The notes beneath the pieces were generated by a model, which saw only the letters and a list, made by a program, of their open reading frames with translations, had not been told where the DNA came from and ran no database searches. A DNA stretch of 63,268 nt, filler included, from Octopus bimaculoides (taxonomy: Eukaryota), in the NCBI RefSeq assembly GCF_001194135.2. It is 4 parts of 4 records of this genome, joined end to end, with 100 filler letters (N's around TTAATTAATTAA, not from the genome) between each part and the next. Parts side by side here need not be neighbours in the genome. Positions count along the whole stretch, not along the records: positions 54,321 to 58,934 come from NC_068982.1; positions 59,035 to 63,268 come from NC_068995.1; 2 more parts are not named here. One strand, given 5' to 3'. Both the position numbers and the translations under genes were made by a program. Below are positions 54,355 through 63,268 of this stretch, one piece after another (position 1 is the stretch's first letter; each line of letters starts with the position of its first letter).

Positions 54355-57300
54355 ATATACACATGGTCTTCTTTTTAGTATGTGCATGTTTGTGCTTGTA
54401 TGTTAGTTATCATGTTCTAAATTATCCTTCTACAGCGAGTCTTCACGCACATAGTTTTGAGTAATGTCTCATCGACTTAAACCTCGAATTGATCATCCTT
54501 TCTAATATAGGCATAAGGCTTGATATTTTTGGCAAGGATGAGAAGCCGATCACACCGACCTCACTACTTGACTGGTACTCAATTTATCGACCCGACAGGA
54601 TGGAAAGCAAAGTCATCCTCTTGGGAATTTGAACTCAGAACGTTGCGATGGGCAAAATACCACTAACAATTTCGTCCAGCGTGCTAACGATTGTGCAAGT
54701 TCTCCGCCTTGGAGCTTCAACTGATATTAAAATATATTTCTATGACTAACACACAAGAGAATAGATATTTTCATAGCAAGGGACGTTTCTTTTGTCTCTC
54801 TATTCCTGTCTCTCTTTTCCCGTCAGATCTCTTTGTCTGTACTCCCTTTTCTCTTTTTTTCTCTCTCAATAAATCTGTAGAATACATTTTACGAACTTTA
54901 CCGGGAAGATACATTCTATCGGCGTATATAACTTTGATGCTTATCGTTATGTACACAGATAATCATAAATTGAAAATTTCATGCTTCTTTTTATCATGGT
55001 TTTCATTTGTATTTATATCATGATGTATTTGATTATGTTGACTGATCATTAAGCTCGTTTTTAGAATGCAACGTTAAATTCAAATTAATTCATGATTTTC
55101 AACTACGTTAAACACATTAATGGCCTGTGCTTCTATGTTGTAATAAACTGTAATGTGTAAACATACTTGTCGATGTAGTTTTGATTTAATGCGCCAACGC
55201 AAATTTCTTTCTAAGCTTTGTTTATTTTTTAAAATCAATCTGATACAAAACTGAATGCGTCATATAATTCTCAAAAGGATTATAACTACTCTAACACGTC
55301 AAACGTGTCACGAAAACAAAATGCCTTAAGGGGATTTAACGAAGTTAAACTTGTTGACATTACGTAAGCAATTTGGTTAATTACAAGTGATCTAATCGAG
55401 AATGATCATTATTTTTTGTTTATTACGCAAAGAAAAAAAAATCGTTCTTCCTTTTAGAGGCTATATGATTCTTCTTTTCTAAATTAGGCCAAAGCAAGCG
55501 ATTTTGAAGAGAGAAGATAAGTCGATTACATCCACCCATGTACTTAACTGTAAGTATTTTCATCGACCCAGAGAGGATAGAAAGCAAAGTTGATTTCGGT
55601 GACACTTGAACTCACAACATAAAGATCCTGGAGAAATGGCGTTAAGCATTTATTTTGTCCATCGCGGTGATGATCCTGCTAGTCTGACAACATTAAGGGC
55701 AATATAATTGAATATAGATATAGATGAATCGGATCCTTTACACGAATTGTATTTGTTGTAATTCTCCCGTTTTAAAATGCGAGAATTTACTGAAATGGAT
55801 ATCAATTTAAATACATCATACTTTAAAAAAATACTATGCATAAATTTTCGCTGACATATTTAGCTTTTCCCACCATTAGGTGTTTTACAGTCGGATGTGT
55901 GTTATTCAGTGTGAAACTGCGCAATAAACCATTACACAAATGTTTAACCATTCGCTAATATATTTCTAAATTAAACATTCAATGCCTATTAAATTTTAAT
56001 CTAATCCTAATTGAGCTTGGTTATTAAAAAAAGCTATATACTTTACTTATAATTAATATCCACGCACTGTTTCACACACAGTTTACCAGAAGTTTATACA
56101 TATATCTCTTAAAGTATCTTTATTAATATACTAACCTCATTAAAGATGATATAAATTTGCATACTCTTTACTGTCATAACTATTACGAGTGTTTATGTTA
56201 TCAATATAGGAAATATATTTATTCAAGTAATGCAGAACTAATTAATTATGAGATAGTATTTAATTGATGACGAAACCGATTTTACGAGGACTTCTGAACG
56301 GACCTTTATAGCACTATATTTCGAGTAGGCTTACCATCTGTTTGAAAGATGTTTTACTGAAGTAGGTTGTCTTTTAGATTCTAGTATCTTGACGTAAGTA
56401 GCCGCTTCTGTACCAGAACATCTATAACTCTTTATTTATAATGGATTAATTAACGTGTGTCAAAATGTAAGTGGATCAATTTGAATGAATGTTTGAAAAG
56501 GGGAACTTTTCTTTAATTTTTTTTTTATTATTCTTCATTTCTGTATATAGACCCCGTCAATAAAAGTTAGGTCTGTCTGCTGAGTTTACTCACCTAATTT
56601 CTTGTTAATGATTTCTTTGTTGATAAGTAGGACATCCAATATGTATCAATGAAATATTTATATTTTTATCTGCCTGGCTGCGCATGTTCAGACGTGAGTG
56701 TAAGTGTGGCCGCTGATTCTCTGGTAAATATCTTCGAATCCCTATGGTGCTGGTTATGGCTGACTGTTATATAATGGCAGACAAAAAGACTACAAGATAC
56801 TTGTCAGGCAGAATCAGTTAACAAAGCTATAATTGACTCTATAATCTAAAAAGAAAAATAAATCTTTTCACATCTATATATTTATTCTTTATGTTTTGAT
56901 TCATCCTTCTTTATCACGGTCGGCTCAAACCAAGGTTTTGTTTGATTTGTTTGCATTGCAATTTCTAAATTTCATTATTTAAACACGCCCAGCTCGATAG
57001 CGATTCAAAAGACCGTTAAATCAAGCTTCCACTGTAAATAATTCTTACGCACGATTCTAAATAAAAGCTAACTTCGACTATGTGTCAAGGACACGTCATG
57101 TATGAACAGTTGCATATAGTATTGGTTCCAACTTTTCGCACGAAGCCAGCAGAGTTAAAAGAATCGACTACATTAACCCCAGTCCTGGCTGGTGTTTTCA
57201 TATTTTCTTATTTACCTGTATTAGTCTATTTTACCCGAGATTTTTCACACTATTCCATATTTTTCAATGTCAAGTAGAACGAACCGTTGCGAGACTTGCC

Positions 57301-58490
57301 ATGTTTTCTCTATCGAATCCTACGTTCTTCTAGATCTCCAATGCATTCACGCGCATTTTCCTTGGCGTACACTCTTTCGATTTGCCCTAAACAAGATCTC
57401 CATGAAACAATTTCTTAGGGGTGTGATTGTTGGTCATACTGACATTGTGTTCATATGATTGCAGGTAATTTTTAAAATGTATTGCCTGGATGAAACAAAT
57501 ACCATATGCAACTAGAATATCGTTGTTTGGAGTTAATAAATTCCATTTCATTTTCAGAGTAAGGCATTTTGATGAAATTTTTTTACGGTTTTTGATCTTT
57601 AAATATATAATGAGAAAGAACAAAACAGCATCTTTGTTCGCATAAATCCACCTTCCAATTTACTTCTCTGAACTACCACATTCTACATTCTACTTATCCG
57701 TGATAAGAAACACTAGTGACAACATTTTTAAGATATGTTTTTTGCTCTAAACAAAATTTGAGACCACTGTAGAGTAATGGTCCAGACATCATTTGTATGT
57801 ATACTTTACGATTATCTCTAATAAATTATCTCGTCTCTTCAGTATTTTCCATTTTCTTTTCGTGTATTATATTGCGTCAAAAAACAAATCTTATTTATTT
57901 TCTTCAAACTTTTCCCTGTTGAGATCTTTTCACTTTATCATTGATAGGTCAATATAATTTTCACACTGTTACATTCAATATTATTTGCAAACCTTATCAG
58001 AGTAACAAAACGTTCCAAAAATACCCCGTACTCTCTATTCACATTCTTTGGAAATAAATTGTCGCTTGTTATGAATGTTTTGTTTTTTATTAATTGAAAC
58101 GGAAAAAAAAACCACAGTATTCATCCACTTTGAAAACGCGTTCCATACATTTTACAGCTGTCAACGGCACAAAATGGAATTACTGATACAAAATAGAACG
58201 CATTATTTATTGGGATCGATAGAAAACCCGTTAGCCTTCTCCGAATTTCTTGTCTTGCACATAAATCAGAAGCGTGGACGGTCGATTGTCTGAATCGTTA
58301 CATTAAAACGAAAATGGTAGTTCTTACGAATAATTATTTTGTAAATTCAAATGTCATGGAGGTCACTTTTGCCTTCCTGCCCTCAATGTCAATCAAGCTA
58401 TATAGCAATCAATTACTAGTGTTCATGTTAACGGCTAAACAAACTTTCCTTAAAGTTGCTGTCCATCTACTAATATTATTATTATTATTA

Positions 58491-58559
<69 letters not shown>

Positions 58560-58561
<2 letters not shown>

Positions 58562-58714
58562 GACGTCGCACAGTCTACAATATCGTGAGGTTGTTGATTG
58601 AGGATATTGTGTCTGCTGGGTGTTTGTACTGTTTGTCAAGTCGCAACAAGGACAGTACTTTACGCAATATGCGTGGAGTTCCATGTAATACTGACTTTTG
58701 CAATACCTCTAGAT
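58560..58714 (-). mobile_element. R4/Dong-like 3' end, second family
   Basis: EVLQKSVLHGTPRILRKVLSL, then a different 3' UTR ending in (TAA)n. Confidence 0.72.
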
Positions 58715-58934
58715 CAGTGTTTCCCAACCTTTTTTCCCGGCGCCCCACTTTTTCATAGCAAAAGTTTTTACGCCCCACCTTTTCCCATGTCCACTCACAT
58801 TTACAAGTACATGTGGGCCTACTTACAATTGAAAAAAATCAAAAATTAAAAAATTGTATTCAAAATACAAAAAAATAGCTTGAGAATTGAAACAACAGGC
58901 ACTGAAAGTGCATAACACCCAATAAATCGATAAA
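58715..58934 (+). mobile_element. hAT-type terminal fragment
   Basis: Begins cagtgtttcccaacc, a typical hAT terminus. It abuts the R4-like remnant and runs into an N gap. Confidence 0.55.
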
Positions 58935-59034
58935 NNNNNNNNNNNNNNNNNNNNNNNNNNNNNNNNNNNNNNNNNNNNTTAATTAATTAANNNNNNNNNN
59001 NNNNNNNNNNNNNNNNNNNNNNNNNNNNNNNNNN

Positions 59035-59090
<56 letters not shown>

Positions 59091-59203
59091 ACATTATATT
59101 AAAATACAAACAGGTTTATATACATAACGTATTCATATACACCTATCCATACATGCATGCATACACACACACATATACATATGTATATATAAATAAATAT
59201 ATC

Positions 59204-59256
<53 letters not shown>

Positions 59257-59566
59257 CTATATAGATATAGATATACATATGCATATAACTGTATAAATAC
59301 ACACAAACACAAACACAAATACACACACACACACACAAATACATAGATAGAGAAAGACGTAGACAGATTTGATGTAATGGATATACATCTATATACAGAA
59401 ACTATGAGTAAATATACAAGTATATATATTTGCATAAACGTACATTTCTTTTTCTTGCCATTCGGATTGGTGATGTCGATGTGGGTATTAGGGTATTTGT
59501 GTTTTAGAATAATTTAAATTTATACGAATGTGATAATAACATTCATGCATACATACATACATACAT

Positions 59567-59598
<32 letters not shown>

Positions 59599-60207
59599 TC
59601 ATACGCGCATGCGCCCCACACATGCACCTACAAGAAGGTGTGAACTTGTATGTATACATATAAAATTTATTTTAATGAAATTACATAGCAAGATATGAGT
59701 ACATAGAAATATTTGTATGAATAAATATATGAGGCCGCACTTGTATCAATATATATATANNNNNNNNNNNNNNNNNNNNNNNNNNNNNNNNNNNNNNNNN
59801 NNNNNNNNNNNNNNNNNNNNNNNNNNNNNNNNNNNNNNNNNNNNNNNNNNNNNNNNNNNNNNNNNNNNNNNNNNNNNNNNNNNNNNNNNNNNNNNNNNNN
59901 NNNNNNNNNNNNNNNNNNNNNNNNNNNNNNNNNNNNNNNNNNNNNNNNNNNNNNNNNNNNNNNNNNNNNNNNNNNNNNNNNNNNNNNNNNNNNNNNNNNN
60001 NNNNNNNNNNNNNNNNNNNNNNNNNNNNNNNNNNNNNNNNNNNNNNNNNNNNNNNNNNNNNNNNNNNNNNNNNNNNNNNNNNNNNNNNNNNNNNNNNNNN
60101 NNNNNNNNNNNNNNNNNNNNNNNNNNNNNNNNNNNNNNNNNNNNNNNNNNNNNNNNNNNNNNNNNNNNNNNNNNNNNNNNNNNNNNTATATATACATATA
60201 TACATAT

Positions 60208-60610
60208 ATGGCTGTGTGGTAAGTAGCTTGCATACCAGCCACATGGTTCCGGGTTCAGTCCCACTGCGTGCCACCTTAGGCAAGTGTCTTCTACTATAGC
60301 GTCGGGCCGACCAAAGCCTTGTCAGTTGATTTGGTAGACGGAAACTGAAAGAATCTCGTCGTATATATGTGTATGTGTATGTATGTATGTGTGTATGTAT
60401 CTTTGTGTCTGTGTTTGTTCCCCCCCCCCAACATCGCTTGATAACCGATGCTGGTATGTTTACGTTCCTGTAACTTAGCGTTCGGCAAAAGAGACCGATA
60501 GAATAAGTACTAGGCTTACAAAGAATAAGTCCTGGGGTCGATTTGCTCGACTAAAGGCAGTATTGATGCAGTCAAATGACTGAAACAAGTAAAAGAGTGA
60601 AAGAATAAAA
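60208..60610 (+). mobile_element. SINE family A, full-length
   Basis: Same head, body and tail. Confidence 0.9.
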
Positions 60611-61173
60611 GGACATANNNNNNNNNNNNNNNNNNNNNNNNNNNNNNNNNNNNNNNNNNNNNNNNNNNNNNNNNNNNNNNNNNNNNNNNNNNNNNNNNNN
60701 NNNNNNNNNNNNNNNNNNNNNNNNNNNNNNNNNNNNNNNNNNNNNNNNNNNNNNNNNNNNNNNNNNNNNNNNNNNNNNNNNNNNNNNNNNNNNNNNNNNN
60801 NNNNNNNNNNNNNNNNNNNNNNNNNNNNNNNNNNNNNNNNNNNNNNNNNNNNNNNNNNNNNNNNNNNNNNNNNNNNNNNNNNNNNNNNNNNNNNNNNNNN
60901 NNNNNNNNNNNNNNNNNNNNNNNNNNNNNNNNNNNNNNNNNNNNNNNNNNNNNNNNNNNNNNNNNNNNNNNNNNNNNNNNNNNNNNNNNNNNNTGTGTGT
61001 GTGTGTGTGTGTCTGTCTGTTTGTCTGTGCCGTGGTGATTTTGAAGGCCATGCAAGTATCTTAATTTTGAACTGTTATTAGGTGCTGAAATTTTTTTTTA
61101 AATGATGCTAGTGGAACACAGATGTGGCGAAAATACTGATGTGGGAAGAAAGGGATAACTTACAAAGTCATCA

Positions 61174-61510
61174 GCTTGACTCACTTCTGATATAACAGCT
61201 ATCAGCCTGACTCACTTCTACTATGACAATTATCAGCTTGACTCACTTCTACTATAAAAGTTACCAGCTTGACTCACTTCTACAATAACAGTTATCAGCT
61301 TGACTCACTTCTGCTATAGCAGTCATCAGTCTGACTCACTTCTACTATAGCAGTCATCAGCCTGACTCACTTCCACTATAAAAGTTACCAGCTTGACTCA
61401 CTTCTGCAATAACAGTTATCTGCTTGACTCACTTCTGCTATAGCAGTCATCAGTCTGACTCATTTCTGCTATAGCAGTCATCAGTCTGACTCACTTCTGA
61501 CTCACTTCCA
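61174..61510 (+). repeat. 31-bp minisatellite (~11 units) with 4-unit higher-order repeat
   Basis: Unit gcttgactcacttctactataaaagttacca starting at 61174, 61205, 61236, 61267 and so on. Units 3-6 recur as 7-10. Confidence 0.95.
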
Positions 61511-61564
61511 AAACCTCCCACAGAAATAATTAAAATCTAAAAAAATCTAAAAATATATAAATAC

Positions 61565-61685
61565 CTATCGGCCGCAGAAACCCGCGATTTACTGAGGATC
61601 CGCGATATAATTTAACATATATTAGCCAGAAAAATCCGCGATGTACTGAGTGCACAAGTGAACCGCGATATGGTGCAGGATACAA
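61565..61685. mobile_element. pogo/Tigger-like MITE terminal fragment
   Basis: Repeated ccgcgat motifs ending aagtgaaccgcgatatggtgcagga, typical of Tigger-like subterminal repeats. Confidence 0.5.
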
Positions 61686-62679
61686 TGATTGGAAACATGA
61701 CAATGTCAACATAGGGCGCGAAAATGGTGAAGAACGTCGCAGTTGTCAGAATATCTGATTGTGTGTGGAGCGTACATGGTTGCTGAGAAATGGAGCACAA
61801 GATACAATGGTAGAAGAAAATTCCAAACTAAAGAATATCTTGAGAATAATCTTTAAAAGGACTGGGGAAAATATGGAGATGCCGAAGAATATATCACGCA
61901 AATAGTTTTTAGGAGAGGACTGTGAAAGAAAATGAGTAATATAGAGCTTATCTTATTTTATTTAACCATTTATTTATTTGCAATTCTTTAGGATAACCTG
62001 AAAAACAAGCAAAATATTTTGCAATCAAAAGATAACACACTTTTTGCCATTGATCTCAAATTTCTGAAAGTCTGTCTTCGACAAATGAAAGCCGAGTTAA
62101 CGAAGTTCTAAAAACAAGTAACCAGATAAGAAAAACCGTATTTGAATGCATAAAAGACACACATGCATATTTGAAGCGCTTCATTTCAGCTGCGCATATT
62201 CAAGGAAAAGGGGGTTTCGTTTTGTGCATATGGGAGGTTCAACATAGCGTACTGGACGCGAGGTGGCTTTCTGAGATTTTGTTTTTTAATTTTTTTTTTT
62301 TTTCTTTTTGGTAAAAAGTGCGTCGTATATGCCATCAAATACGGCAAAAATGCAAGAAAACAAAATGTACGTCTTACCAGAAAAGATGGCTCGGTGAAGC
62401 GGATAATTCTTGACAAAACTGAAAATTTCAATACGGTAAAATATTTCCTTCTTTTGGAGTCAGAATTCTCACCTGTCTGAATATGTCGAAACCTACAAGC
62501 AAAAACAAACATTGAAAGTTTGTTTCCTTTTTTGTTTCTGAATTAATTAAAAATAATTAATTGTAATAAGTTTGATCAAAGATGTAAGGATCTTGGTTAC
62601 AACGAATCGTTCAATGACTGCCAGAAATCTAAAGCATGACATTGCAGCGATGAAGACTACATGATCCTTTCAGAATATT

Positions 62680-63268
62680 TATGTGCGCATGTTTGTATAT
62701 GTACATATCTATGTATGTATATATGTGTATATATATATGTGTAGATGTGGGTGTATGCATGTATGTATATGTATATATATATATACATACATATATATAT
62801 ACATTTATATGTATATATATATATGTACACATATGTATGCATATATATGTGCGCGTGTTTGTTTGTATGTGTGTGTATGTGTGAGTGTGTGTGAGTGTGT
62901 GTGTGTATGAGACTGATTTTCATTTAAGATGTGATGAAACTTGTTTTCCAACATTCTGACGCACATCCATCATTGCGCGCGTATTTGTATGTATACATAC
63001 ATGCCGAATACACACTCACACACACTCACCCATGCACACACACACACACGTCTACATACACACACATGCCCACACACATATACACACGCGCGCACACAAA
63101 CACACGCATCCACACACACACATACACACACACACAAACACACACATACGCATGCACACACACACCTACGCACATACATGCCCCCACACACTCATACACA
63201 CGCACGCACACACACACATACACATACACACACAAACACACCTACACACACGCATATACACACACACA
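62680..63268. repeat. (TA/TG/CA)n low-complexity tract
   Basis: Directly visible. Confidence 0.95.

Noticed and set aside
61174-61510. CRISPR-like appearance of the 31-bp array
   Set aside because: The variable parts are mutually homologous and recur as a higher-order repeat rather than unique spacers. No cas genes; eukaryotic context.

Overview
AT-rich, gap-riddled (N runs) animal genomic DNA dominated by microsatellites and transposon debris. The SINE families and simple-repeat load look like a coleoid cephalopod (Octopus-like); this is inference. The only host gene I can support is WAPL (cohesin release factor). Its last three coding exons lie on the minus strand (21829-21917, 15612-15704, 12372-12437) with canonical, phase-compatible splice sites, probably followed by a long 3' UTR. 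I found no earlier WAPL exon in the 41 kb upstream. The rest is decayed mariner and maT (DD37D) transposons, hAT- and piggyBac-type MITEs, a Helentron/HINE-like element, a Penelope-like RT fragment, R4/Dong-, RTE- and CR1-like LINE remnants, three tRNA-derived SINE families, a 55-nt 18S rRNA 5' fragment, a ~385-bp foldback hairpin and a 31-bp minisatellite with 12 TGACTCA motifs. I cannot demonstrate a new biological system. The best leads are the AAT-microsatellite insertion hotspot shared by a SINE and R4-type LINEs, the phased AP-1 array, dsRNA-forming inverted repeats, and a set of unexplained minus-strand exon-like ORFs.
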